Source of the DNA: Selaginella moellendorffii | Lineage: Eukaryota > Plantae > Lycopodiophyta | Length of the DNA stretch: 64,000 nt | NCBI RefSeq assembly: GCF_000143415.4 | Contig: NW_003314270.1 | Location: 2,039,048-2,103,047 of the forward strand | Direction: 5' to 3' | Shown: piece by piece, positions 13,756-26,305 of the stretch | How the letters are laid out: each line of letters opens with the position of its first letter | Numbering within the stretch: position 1 is the stretch's first letter | Position numbers and translations under genes: made by a program | The notes under the pieces: generated by a model | Told to the model about the DNA's origin: nothing | Database searches by the model: none | The model's input: the letters and a program-made list of their open reading frames with translations, nothing else

Positions 13756-15230
13756 ATATTGACAATTAGTGCCACTTATTCCTTTAATCTAACGGCTCTT
13801 TTCTATTTCTGACAGTAATCCATGTGGTTGTAAAAATTTTGTCTTTCCTTTTGAAACTATTTTACAATTTTGCAATACTTAAATTTGTGGTACTTGAGGC
13901 AATGAGACAATGGATTGATCATGCCCTTAATAGATGTAGGAGGAAAGATTCTTTCTTGAGCCACACATTAAATATTCCTTATTTAATCAGATATTCCAAT
14001 TTACAAATATCCAATTCAAACTAGATTTTTGACACTCTAAAGCAATGGTGAAGATCATTACAGGTGGCAAAATGTTGGTGCCTCTTGAATTCTAAATTTG
14101 TAGCTTTAGAAATTTTAGTTTTAAGAAGAAAACCAATTTTATTGAGAAATCCTGCATTTCTTTGGAGACCTTGGGTATTGAAATCTGAAGGTAGGTATGA
14201 TGAATTTAGAAACACTTTTCTTCTTCTTTTTTTTACATTAATTTCATGTCGTTTTGTTGTAGATTTTCTATTGTTAAAGAATTGAAAGGCAGAGAATTTT
14301 TGGGTGCTGTATTCTTGCAGTGATTTGGGTGGAATACAATCCTAAAATTTTGTGTTTTATAGCTATTTTACAATTATGGAGCTGATCGATATATCCAGTG
14401 TTTGCTAGAAATTTTCCAGGAGGAGTAGACTGCTGATGCAGCAGCTTTGCACACTGGCACTCTTGAATTATCATCACTGCAGCCACTGATATGAACATGA
14501 CTGGCCACTCAATCAATCAGTGTGGGAGTAGCATTAATGACTACTTACAAATAGGATGGAAAGAGATGGAAGTTGAAACTGGTTTATACTTGAGAGAACT
14601 ACAAGGTCTTAGATTGACAAACCACACTCCTTGAAGTTTTTAATGAGAGCCAACACATCACCAAATGGGGATGGTAAAGTGTTGCTGTATTCTTGGCTGA
14701 ATACTCTTCTGTTGTAGCATCCAGTAATACTTTGTAATACAATGGCAAGTCCATTTCAGTCATAGGTGGCTCTACCCTTTTGGTTGATCTTGAATTAGAA
14801 GATGTTTCACAGCTGTGTGAATAGATGGTTGCTAGTTACAACACAATCAGTTTTGTCCATGTGACCAACTTGTCTTCTAAAGCTGCATGTAAACTAGCTG
14901 TGCTACAAGATGATGATTTGCTGTAATGGACTCTATTCGATTGAAGATGTACAATCTAAAGGTTCGTTGCACGCTTGAGAGCTACAGAGATACCGATAAA
15001 TTGAAGCTTTTTATAGTTGGTCTTGACACTGAAACAATGTGCAAGAAAAAAAAAGTATGTTTTATTTCTTTATTTCTTTCTACTATGTGTGTGTGGTATA
15101 TGTTTCTAAATATAAGCCAAAGTTAGAACTTCCATATATATATATATATATCCTCTATTAATTTATTATACAATATCTGCAATAATTTTCGATTTTGTAT
15201 TATTATTATTTTCTATTTATATCACTTGAA
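11550..15230. other. Second AT-rich tract, probably degenerate repeat/TE or pseudogene debris
   Basis: AT-rich with only short, non-homologous ORFs. Tandem 35-bp unit (agagtatggcttttgaaagaga) at about 11755-11820, ~108-bp degenerate tandem at about 13245-13440, and microsatellites. Confidence 0.45.
13721..13753. repeat. (TC)n microsatellite
   Basis: Uninterrupted tc run. Confidence 0.95.
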
Positions 15231-15488
15231 AAGTGAGCCATGGATTGACAAGGTTAGCAGGGATCCCCTCTCAGTGTCCGCCGGGATTCAGCGACAGGCC
15301 CGCCTTCCGTCTCTGGCACATGTTTCCCCTGCCGGTTGTCTTTGGTGGACGAATCCTCTTGTAGTGACGAATTTGCCGGGCAAAGTATCAGTCTACTGGT
15401 TTAAATGATACCTATCTACGGCATGGGAAAAATTTATCAAACAAGTATACATGAGAATGTTTGGATTAGGGTTCTGAGGGTTCTCTCC

Positions 15489-17450
15489 ATGAGGAAAAGG
15501 AACCCCGCGCAGCGACCGATCACGATCGACGATGGCGACTCCGGTGCACCGCTCTTGCCTCCCAAGAGAGCTCACGGGTATCGAGCTTGCCGCGGCAAGC
15601 AGCTCGAGGAAGAGGAGGAGGAAGCCGCATTGCAGGTAAGAGCGGTCTCCAAGGAGGAATTCGATGCGGCAGTGCTAGCCTCGCGGATGAGGTGTCGAAG
15701 TGCGAGTTCCAGGGCCACTCCCAGCCGATCATCGCGATCACCGGCGGTCGGGGTGGCGGTGGCGGCGGCGGGAGAAGAGGACGAGAATGTGTTTGAGATG
15801 AAGCCGCCGCCGGCGGAGGCTGGGGAGATTTACCAGGAGTGGTGTGTCTACACGCTGTGTAGCGAATTCCCGCGAGCAACCGTGCTCTGCGTGAGGCAGG
15901 CTCTAAAGCGGCACATGAGGAAGCTGGGGCCTTCTTACGCGGCCCTTCGCAGCGAGTATCACAAGGCATTGGCAAGAGAGCGGGATGGTAACCACGGTGG
16001 TGAGAACGAGAGCTCGAGCTGGCTCCCGGCAGAGGGATTCAAGCTCAATAAATCTCCGAGAAGATTGGTTCGTCCTCGAAAGTCCTGCCCGCTCTTTGAT
16101 CGGGAGTTTGAGATTGTAAAGAGACGCATTGCCAAGGAAGAGAAGGAGGCCAGTTTTGAGTGTGGGTGCTGCTTTTCCGAGTGCTCGTTCGAGCAGCTCG
16201 CGCAGGTACTCGCTTCATATTTCCTCAAGTTCTTCTTTGAAGTAAAATGTGTGTTTGCAGTGTGTCGATGGCCATCTTTTCTGTTTTAGCTGCTTGAGGC
16301 GCCATGTAGAGGAAGCCACATTCGGAGGAGGACAGAGTTACACAGTCTTGTCATGCATGGACACTGCTGGATGCTCGGGTTTTTTCCCCGCCTCTGAGGT
16401 TTTTAAATTTCCTCTAATAGTTTTCCACTAAGTACTCTCATGCCAGGTATCAAGAGCACTCCCTGCTGACGTCTTGTCCAAGTACGAGAGAAGGCTGGCC
16501 GAGGAATCGGTTGCTCGAGCCAGACTAGAGGGTTTAGTACGTATCATCGTCTCGCCGTGTTGATTGATCCAAGTTATTGTGCAGGTGTATTGTCCGTTCT
16601 GCAATTTCCCGTGTGAGTTGGATCCCGGATTTCGAGTGCTAGATTGTCCAAACATAATGTGTGCGAAGGTTGTTTTCCTTGCAAGTTGAAGTGAAGGCAT
16701 GACGGCTTGGTTATCTCCCAGAGTTCGTGCGTGAAATGCAAGGAGCCGAATCATCTGCCGCTAGAGTGCCACGAGGTTGAGAAAGTAAGTCTTGAGTTCT
16801 TACTCGTGATCTAGTCACTCAAGGTCTTGCCAGAAAACTGAAACCTCGCTGAGACGGCAAGTGGAAGAGGTGAGAAAAGCAAAATCTTATGCAGGGGTTT
16901 GTAGCTGAACAGAATGTCTTTGTTGCAGCTCATGACAAAGGCTCTCGTGAGAGAATGTCTTTCGTGCAAAGCCGAGCTTGTGAAAACCGATGGTTGCAAT
17001 AAGGTTTGTCTCTTTCTGGTAGTTCTTTTTTCCCATCAAAACTTGCGCTTTTGCGGTTCTTTTGTTGCGCAGATCACGTGTAGGTGTGGCCAGACGATGT
17101 GCTATGTTTGTCGACAGAAAATCTCGGCCGGCTATTCGCACTTTTGTCAGGTCTGGCTTCCAAACATCTTAGCGAACTGAATTGCTTCCTGCTTCCTTTC
17201 TTGTCTTATGTTTAGCACGCTCGAGAACCAGGAAAGTCCTGTCGCAGCTGCAATCGTTGCGGTTTGTGGGCTCAGGTGGGTCATTCACAAATCCAAGACT
17301 TCGTCTGATTCGTTTGCTTGTCTCATGTTTCAGGAGTCATCCGACGATGTGGTGAAGGCAGCAAAAGAAGCCGCCATGCAAGCAGCTGCTTGTGACGAGC
17401 CTGGTATTCTAAACAAAAAGATTGGCCCGCAAGAGCGACGTGTGAGATAA
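15489..17450 (+). CDS. RBR (RING1-IBR-RING2) E3 ubiquitin ligase, RNF216/TRIAD3-like
   Basis: RING1 [28 protein letters not shown]; [31 protein letters not shown]; RING2 [55 protein letters not shown]. Confidence 0.88.
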
Positions 17451-17777
17451 TTGATTCTCCTGTACAAAGCGGTTTAGTTTTTAAACAGCGTTATTAATCA
17501 CTTTACCCTCCCAATATCACAACTTTATCATTCTCATGGTCTGGAAGTCCTTAAATATTCCAGGTGTATTATATCATGCTTTTATTTTCAGGATATATTT
17601 TACAAATTTGTAAACCCGGCTTTCAGAGAAAACAACAAAAAAGAATGAAAAATCTTGAATGAAGAATTCCTGGTTAGTAGATTGGATTGGACCATGTCTC
17701 TCTGAAAAAACCCCCTGCGCGCTTTGCTTGCCTCTTTTACGAAAACGACCGCGCGACCCTCTCAACCAAAACTTTCT

Positions 17778-20318
17778 CTACTCGTTGATGTTGCACTGCT
17801 GCAAGTAGGGGTGATCAAACATTACGTGCCTGCTCCAGTAGTGCTTGTACTTGGCCATGCCGATCTCCAGCCACGGTTTCATGTTGCCATTGTAGTGTAT
17901 AACAGCGGCGCTGTGGATGTCCTTGCTCTTCACCTCCGAGTTATAGCCCAGCCCCAGTACGTGCCAGTGCTTGTTGAGCGAGTACGTGAGGTTGTAGAAC
18001 GTAATGAGGCCTGGCGGAAGGGTCCCCAGCTTCCACAGCGTCCTGTCCTCGTTCTGTGCGAAACAAAAACAAACACCGGGCATTAAACAAACGTCCCGTG
18101 AAGAACAAAAGACGAACCATGTCTTGCCATCTGTGATAGATGCCAGTGATGTCTCTGTCTCTCCACTGGCGCAGATCGAAGATGTTCATGCCGTAGGCCC
18201 AGCCGCACGCGTTGGGATCGAAGCTCTTGGAGATGAGCGGGTTGGAGAAGTTGAGATACTTGTCGAAGCGATGGAAGCTGGCCCCGCACGTCTCAACCGC
18301 TCCGTTGACGTTGCCGCGGAGATTGATGGACCAGAGAGGTGTCAAGTCTTTCTGGACCACGATGTCATCGTCCAGGAACAGAATCTTGTCCAGCTTGGGG
18401 TAAATCTCCGGGAGATAGAAGCGCAAGTGGTTGAGCATGGACAGGTACTTGGGATTCCTGTACTTCAAGCCAGTTGCCACCGAAGGATTGTTTGAGCGGA
18501 AGTAGTACTCTTTCATCGTCACCGATTCGAGCTGACGAAGAACCGGGCAGTACGACGAGTTCAGCCACTTGAAATCGCCGATGTTCTGGACTTCTACTGT
18601 CGCACCTTTCGGCGGATTTGCCAGAAACCACATCTTCATAGCACCGTAGTTGAGCTTATCTGTTACCAGATGAAATACGTGCCTTCTGGGATCCTGCAAA
18701 CTCGCATGTGAACATCCTGTCGTTGTCTCGAGAAAACATTCCGTACCTTCGCAGTAGAAACAGTCGAGTTGATGACCACTGATGTCGCTAATACGTTGTC
18801 AGAAAACAGCGCATAATGGTAGAGGTTCGGATCTTCCAAATTCTCCTGGTGAGGTAATTCCCGCCTTTCAGGAGGAAGGGAGTAGAACTCCACGCTCAAC
18901 CGCATCGAAAGGCAATGAAGGCCCTTGGGAATTGTCTTCGCAGCTAGCTGACTCAGGAACACGCTTTGTTTCTTGAGCATACGTCCTTCTTGCTCAGTGG
19001 CGTGCAGCATTGCTCGAAGCTTTTTAACCATGGCCGTGCAGTCATAATGTTGAGCTTTTGCTCTTTCCAGTATTTCCCCCATATACTTGATCTTTGAGCG
19101 AGCACTGCACCGAAAGAAGAAAGGTTGAGATGAAAACGAAAACAGCATGCATGAGTACGAACCTGTTTGGGAGCTCAGAATCTGTCTCTGCCTCGAGAAG
19201 AATCTCCTGAATTTCTTTGGTTTGAACTTTCAACTCCTGTAGCAGCCGTAAGTTGTTTTGAGCCTGCGCCAGCGTTGCGTATGCCTTCCCCATAATAAGC
19301 TGGTCTCGCAATGCTCGAATCAAAGAATCGTGAATGCTGCCTTTCTTTTCTTTCCTTCGATTTGGTTCGGGGACGGGGTTTTCCTTGGCATTGGATTCCT
19401 CTTTTCCAATCTGGTCCGCACCCGAGTCCGACACCTGACGTTCTAGCTATCTTAACGGCACAGCTTAAAATGGAAAGGAAACAGGGTACCTTAACTTGAA
19501 GGAGTTGGGGTCCATCGTGCTGTCCACCAACAACAGAATTGTCTGTACGGAGAGGTATTAAACAAACGAACGCACTAACAAGCAATGCGAAGCCATGACA
19601 GCATACCAGGCGTATCTCGCTGCTCCTCTGAGCTGCTAGTTCTCAGTGCCAATTTTTGTTCTTCCAGCTTGTCTGCAGTGTGCTCTGCCGGATCCTCTTG
19701 CTGCAAAACCCGAAGAATTGCTGCTTAACAATCGCAAAAGGAGCTAATCTCTACCTGATAAGAGGTTGCATCTGTCCTGCTGACATCAATTGTTTCTTCT
19801 TGAATCAATGAGGATGACAAATCCTGGCCAACGATGTTGAGATTCAAGGGCTCTGGATCGGTAGACGCTGCTTTAAGGGCCTGCCAGGGTCACGGAAATT
19901 CGGATGAGTGCCGGTGAGAAACCATCAAGCAAACCTCTTGAGGAAAGTTTTGCTCTAATGCGCTCAGCTTTCTCGTGCTTTCGCTGTGGCTCTGGAAAAA
20001 TCGAGAGAGGGTGGGAGAGTGAGCGCACGCAAGGGACAAATGGACTAGTTAGCGAGGTTTTACTCACAAGAGTCGATGCCCAGTCGGTGGTGAATTCCTT
20101 GTGACCTGCGCGAAGCATTCAATGCGTTAGGATTTCCAGGGTCCTGGACGAAAACCGTGGCAAACCTCACCAAACGCTGATGTGAAGCTCCCCGCTCGCC
20201 CGGCCAGGAAAAGGAGGGGAGCGATCACAGAAACAACGAGAGAGACCGCGACAGATTTGCGGCATCCGAAATTTCGCCATCGCTGCTGCGTTGTCGCCGC
20301 TTTCTTGAATGTCGCCAT
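17778..20318 (-). CDS. GAUT: Galacturonosyltransferase (GT8, GAUT1/GAUT3-like), multi-exon
   Basis: N-terminal TM. AKTIPKGLHCLSMRL, HYALFSDNVLA, HVFHLVTD, KYLSMLNHLRFYLPE, ILFLDDDIVVQKDL, LWKLGTLPPGL and VIHYNGNMKPWL motifs. Confidence 0.95.
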
Positions 20319-21187
20319 AATCCAGCTCCGGCGCGAGCAAGAAATCCAAATCCCGAGACCTCCTCGCCTACATTTCGCGAAATCCTGCTATCTCATCCCC
20401 GAGCCGCTGCTTGCTGCCGCCGCATCGATCCACTCCGGCGCGGCAGATTTTTCCCCAAAATGCGCGCCCACCGGCAATGCGCGATCGCTATCGATCGCGT
20501 AGACGCGCTTACGCCTCCAAGAAGAGCAAGAACCCTAGCCTGTTCGTTGTCCTGAACCTTCCAATGCACTCTATAGGTAAAACAATGCCTTACACTGCGC
20601 TCTAGCTTGTCCTTTTCATAGTGTCCTTGCCGCCCGTCAAAGCGGCCGTCAGCACGTCATATTCTCCACGTCACCGTGCTGCCAGCTGGCGACACCTCAA
20701 TGGCCGCGTTTGGCTTTCCGGTCCGGCGCTCCGTTTTCACGCGCGGTTTCGAACCGTGCGAGCGTTTTTACCACGGTGACCCGGGTCAAAAAGTCCAGTA
20801 AAATCACGGGGCCGCGGTAGAAAGACGTTGGGGATCGTGAAGTTCCTCGCTTTTGCGTTTTTGTCATCTTTTTCACTCGTCAAAGCTACCATCTTTCTCA
20901 TCTTTCTTTATTTAATTCATCCAACGGACAACAAGGAATTTTTTAATGGCGTCCTCCCTCTTTCCACCAAACTACGCTTAATAGGATCCTTCCTTCTGTG
21001 CCATGTCCAAATGGCTTGAATACAATGCAAGCTCCAACCTTGGGCAGTGAGCGATCCTTCCACTATTGTTTCGCTTCAAAGATTAAAAAAGAATGCGACG
21101 TGATCACCATCTTCTATGTTCTTCGTTTCTCTTTGATTTTTTTTTTAGTTTTTTGTTATTCACGAACTCTTGGACGTTTTCTTTTCT

Positions 21188-22317
21188 TCACATCATGATA
21201 CGTAGTAGACCAAGGCCAACCGCGGTTACGGAGACGATGGAACCTGTCACAGCGCAAGAGATTTTCTTTTAGAGATCTTATCGGTGTGATTTAGAAGCGT
21301 AAGAGATTTACCAATGCAGTACTTGATCACATCATACTTGGCAACTTCCAGCTGGGTCTTGAGAGTGTGGATCTCCTGTAGATGGTGCGTTCAGAGAATT
21401 CTTTTGAGTGAAAATGATTGCTTACACTATCCAGCTTGTTTGTCAGATTCGCTGTCTCGGTGCTTTGATTCGCCAGGACATCCCTGATGCGCCTGGAGAG
21501 AGAGTGACAAAGTTCTAGTAAACCAAAATCGCAGAGTTTGCCTACCCCTTTTCAAGGTTGAGATCAAGGCGCTGGCCTGCTGTAACCTTGTCGATCTCGT
21601 ATCTACAAGCGGAAAACAATGGTTGAGGAGGAACTCAGGACTTTACTTACGACTTACTTCAACTCGCTTTTCAGCTTGTCAAGATCTGTCCGTAGTCGTT
21701 CTGATTCCCGCTGTGAGGTAGACACATGATGCTCCTGCGATGAATAGCCAGAAGTGACACTTGAAAAAAATCGAGAAAATGAAATAGCTCACGAGCTGGC
21801 TGACGATCTCTGCTCTCAGCTTCGAAAGGACTGCCTCTTGCATCAACTCTTTCTAACAAGAAAAGCACGGGTGAGTGACGAAGACGTCAAGCAATCACTT
21901 ACACGCTGCATCTCTGGCTTGGAAACGAAGGACTGAGCAACATTCTCCAAGCTATCATTGAGCACTTCGGTAATCACAGCGGTGATAGCTTCAGCTTGAT
22001 TATCGGTTAGACCCTGCTTCTCAAGCCGCCTTACCTGTTTTAAATGGACAGCTTAGATAGCCATCCAATCCAAAAACACAACACACAAAACTATACGATA
22101 CCAATTGGAGTGTGTCCACAAGAAACGCTCTTTTCCCATTGTACGATGGCTGGACCACGAGTTGATTCGAGGAGTTCGTCCTGTAGTAGTTCCTCGAGCT
22201 TCCATTCTCTAATCTGTTCCTCAACTCACCAAGCGGTTGAAATCCTCTCGCATTGTCCCAATTCGCATAGATCTTATTCAAGCTACGAACCCCTGATTTC
22301 CTCACGGCCCACGCCAT
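21188..22317 (-). CDS. Mitochondrial FMP32/CCDC90/MCUR1-family (DUF1640) coiled-coil protein
   Basis: Presequence-like N-terminus. KRAFLVDTLQLVRRLEKQGLTDNQAEAITAVITEVLNDSLENVAQSFVSK, LDLNLEKGRIRD, LKTQLEVAKYDVIKYCIG and C-terminal TM SIVSVTAVGLGLLRIMM*. Confidence 0.9.
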
Positions 22318-22733
22318 TCCCTAATTTCTTCTACTCTACGAGCCGAATTCGCTGCAGCGCTATCCCTTCTCGTACCTGCGCTATCGCATTATCCATTGTG
22401 ATGCGTCATCCAGCTCGAGGAACCGGGAAATCGATCCAGCTGACCTAGGAGCAACAAATCCAATAAGAACCCTATAATCTTTCGCGAGAAGTCAAAAACT
22501 TTCTAGTCTTTCATGTCAAGGCCCTCTCCCAGGATTCGATCCCGCGACCCCTTTACTGTGCATTAATAAATGTGTGTCGACGTGGCAGCATAGGCCGTTG
22601 GCAAGGTGACAGCACACCACGAGAAAGAAAGAACAGGCCCGGGCACAGAATTTGGGGTAGAAAAAATTTAGGGCTCTTTCTCGTGCTCTTCCCCTGGGGA
22701 ATCCCTAGCGCGAGCGATCCGATCTCCAAATCC

Positions 22734-22970
22734 ATGGCTGGCGGCGGCGGCAAGGATGTGGACGGGGCAGCGAAAGATGCGGCGCACCGGGAGATGTTTG
22801 CTCACGAATCCAGGCAAGTTCTACACCAGGAGGGCGGGGTTACGTTGAAGAAATCGGGGAGGTATCCGGCGTTTCTTGCTGGAGTTTTGCTCGTCACGGG
22901 CGTGATCACGTTTGCATACTATCAAAGCGTTGCTCCCAGCGAGGAGAAGACTGTAAAAAAGAAGCCTTGA
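22734..22970 (+). CDS. Small (78 aa) single-pass/tail-anchored membrane protein of unknown function
   Basis: MAGGGGKDVDG...YPAFLAGVLLVTGVITFAYYQSVAPSEEKTVKKKP*. Good start context and an apparent GT-AG intron just after the stop (about 22996-23051). Confidence 0.65.
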   Translation: MAGGGGKDVDGAAKDAAHREMFAHESRQVLHQEGGVTLKKSGRYPAFLAGVLLVTGVITFAYYQSVAPSEEKTVKKKP

Positions 22971-23567
22971 TCATCGCGGCGGCTGGATTCTTCAGGTATT
23001 TACCTTTGCTTGGAATCCACACACTCTCTCTCTTTTTTCCTTTTTCTACAGTTCTTTTCTCCTCTCTATATGATACTGCCCTAGATCTCCAGGTTTTGCA
23101 TCAGACATTTTAGTTTGTAGCTTCGTGTTTGAGAAGGGTTTTTCACTCTGGATCGATTGGAATGTGTTGCAGCTCAATCCACGCTCAAGAAGATTGAATT
23201 GGCCGTGTTGAAGAACATCAAAACTTGAAGAACACAAATCCATAAATTTACGTTTGCTTCTTTTTTGAGGCAAAATTTTCTACGTAGGAGGGTAGGGTTT
23301 AGGGTTCTAGGAGATAGATATTTCTTAGCGGCCGTCCGATCGCGAATCCCTGGCCGTCCATCGTTTATCTGGTGGGTAATCCGGAAAGAGGGCTCTAGAA
23401 GGAAAGGTCCAGTCCCTCCCTCTCTCCCTCTCTCGCCGCGGCATTGGAGCTCTGCGCGATCGCATTCGTGGAAGCGATCGAGGGAAAGAACTCTTTTTGA
23501 CCGCCAGAATTCCAGGTTAGCGGCGCAGGTTTAGCAAGGAAAGAAGAGCAATCGAAGCGCGCGAGCG

Positions 23568-25469
23568 ATGGCGGCAGCAAGCGCGGCTATGGCATTGTGT
23601 GGAAGAGGATTGGCGTGGGCGCATGGGACGCGCGCAAGCGCGTCGTCGGTGGTCATGGTTTTCAACAAGGCCAGTGGCGGTGGATTGAGGTTCTATGGGA
23701 GATTAGCTCCAAGGGTAGCGAAAGGAATAGGCGCTCAGGGGAGAATGTCTGCGACGAGGAAGCTGAGCGTTAGAACTCTGGCAAATGCGACCACCCAGCA
23801 GGAGACTGCTCCAACTGAGATTCCCGAGAGCCATGTATGCGTCGATAATCGGGTTCCTATCACTGTGATCACTGGATTTCTTGGCGCTGGCAAGGTAAAA
23901 TCTTCTCTTCTTCTTCATGCAAAGTTTTCTTTGTAAGTTTTTCAACCATGAACTTATCATGTCTTGATGGCAGACTACGCTGCTAAACTACGTGCTCACT
24001 GGCGAGCATGGGAAAAGGATCGCTGTCATTGAGAACGAGGTACTTGTTTCTCTCTTTCTTTTTTCTTCTTATCGCTCATTTTACTTTTGTGATTTCATAG
24101 TTTGGAGAAGTTGGCATCGATGACAGCCTCGTTGTTGGCCGAAAATCTTCCACGGAAGATATCATGATGCTCAACAATGGCTGTCTTTGCTGCACGGTGC
24201 GAGGGGACCTCGTCAACATGCTCAAGGACCTTTTCCTCACAAAGAAAGGCTTGTATGATCACGTCCTGATCGAGACTACGGGTACTGGCTCTTGGATTTG
24301 TCAAGTTTGATTCGAGAGCTTCTTCATCTTTGTCATCGTTCCAGGCCTGGCTAATCCTGCTCCGATCATTCAGACATTTTACGCGGAAGACAGAGTAGCG
24401 CACCATTATCGACTCGACGGCGTTGTCACGATGGTGGACGCCAAGCACGCTCCTATGCATCTTGACGAAGTGAAGCCAGATGGCGCGGTGAATGAAGCCG
24501 TGGAGCAAGTAGCCTATGCCGACCGTATCATACTCAACAAGGTTCGCATTTTCACGACGCGATATCTTTGCCAACCGGCCTTTCTCTTTCTTTTTTGCTT
24601 TCTTTGTAGGTGGACTTAGTTGACGACAAGGCCATTCAAACTCTATCCGAGAGAATAAAGGTATGAAGATCATGTCTCTAGCTTTTCAAAATCTTCTTTT
24701 GCAGCGTATCAATGCAATGGCGAGTGTTAAGTCAACGCAGTATGGCAAAGTCGACATGGATTACGTTCTCGGTGTCGGTGGTTTTGACCTGGAGAAGTAC
24801 GCATTCTGGTTTTCCTTTGCTTCATTGGAGGAACCCGTCTAAGCTAATTGATTGTTTTGTACTTCAGAGTAGCGGGCCTGGAGGTTGAGATCGAGAAAGA
24901 GAAAGAGAAAGCCAATGCTCATGCTCACGATGACCAACACGGTAAGAATTTATATTCTTTTAGTGTGTCTTACACCCGACAAACTAAAGGCCATGACCAC
25001 AAACACGGGCACGAACACGAGCACAAGCACGAGCACAAACACGAGCACAAGCACGACCATCACCACGACCCTGGAGTGTCGTCCGTGAGCATCATGTGTG
25101 AGGGGAACTTGGATTTGGAGAAAGTAAGCTGTTCTCCTCGTCTTCCTTTTACTCATTCTATTGCACAGATCGACACATGGCTCGGGGACCTGCTCGATGA
25201 ACGGAGCGAAGACTTGTATCGAATGAAAGGCATCCTGTCCATCGAGGATTGCAAGGAGCGATTTGTTTTCCAGGTGACTATGCTAGAAGTGTTTGCAAGA
25301 TCTGAAAGTTTTCTCTTTTACTCAGGGTGTTCACGCGGTATACGAGGGAACAATGGACAGAGAATGGGGTCCCAACGAGAAACGCCAGAACAAGCTCGTG
25401 TTCATTGGGAAGAACCTCAACGAAGCCGAGCTCAAGCAAGGCTTCATGGATTGCTTGGTGAAGAGCTAA
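23568..25469 (+). CDS. COG0523/CobW-family zinc-chaperone GTPase (ZNG1-like), plastid-targeted
   Basis: Transit peptide, VPITVITGFLGAGKTT, NEFGE, GCLCCTVRGDL, IETTGLANPAP and ILNKVD. His-rich (HEHK)n insert and CobW_C domain (LYRMKGIL, FVFQGVH, KLVFIGKNL). Confidence 0.93.
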
Positions 25470-25646
25470 AGTTTTTGGAAACACCATCGCTATAGCTATC
25501 GAATAGGACCAGAGCTCTCCTTTATCAGCCAAGCTATGAGATACAAACCAATTCAACGACAAAGGTTTTCTTCTTCTATAAACTTAAAAGCACGAATGCT
25601 TACTTCTTAGTAGTATGGAAATCGTCCCATTCTTTTCTTGACTAGC

Positions 25647-26122
25647 CTAGGCGTGCACTCCAGCTCCAGTGTGGAGCTGGAGCTTCTTTTTCAACTGGTC
25701 CTTGTCCGCTCCAACGATCTTCTCCACCACTTTGCCTTCCTTGATCAAGAGGAAAGTAGGCATCGCCTCGACCTTCCACTCGGTAGTGATCGCCTGGAAA
25801 GAGCAAGGATCGAGTCAAGAACACACAAAAAAAGTAATTTTTAAACTCACAGGCATTTGATCCACATCCACCTTGACGAAGATCGCATCCGTGAACGTCT
25901 TGGAGTACTCCAGGAAGATCGGAGCTATGGCCTTGCAAGGGCCGCACCACGTCGCAGTGAAATCCACCACTAACTGCAAAAGGAAAGAGGAGAAATCGAT
26001 CGATCAAACGATTAAACCCTAGCAATGGCGCCGCTCACCAGCTTCTTGCCCTCTTCCGCCTCCTTGAACTTGGCCTGCCACAACTCCACGCTGGTGATCG
26101 CACACACCGTCTCGGTCGCCAT
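25647..26122 (-). CDS. Thioredoxin h
   Basis: Three exons: ..[30 protein letters not shown]/..[31 protein letters not shown] active site. Confidence 0.95.
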
Positions 26123-26305
26123 CGCCAAAGAATCGAAGCGCAAATTTGCCTTTTCTAGGGCTCTGATTGATCCCAGGAATATCCCTTGGCCACGCGTTCT
26201 TGACTTAGGGTTCTTGAGCCGGGCGATTCTGGGAAAGAGCGCTGGACGCTTCGGGAGAATGCGAGCTCGTCTCTCTCCTTGGAGCTGTGGGGAAATCTCT
26301 GATTC

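Noticed and set aside
20738-20770. Hairpin gcgcggtt-tcg-aaccgtgc followed by a T-run, as a possible Pol III ncRNA or terminator
   Set aside because: No cloverleaf or snRNA motifs; short stems arise by chance in GC-rich promoter DNA.
24990-25070. 12-bp tandem repeats (cacgagcacaag)
   Set aside because: Explained as the His-rich (HEHK)n metal-binding insert normal for CobW/ZNG1 proteins.
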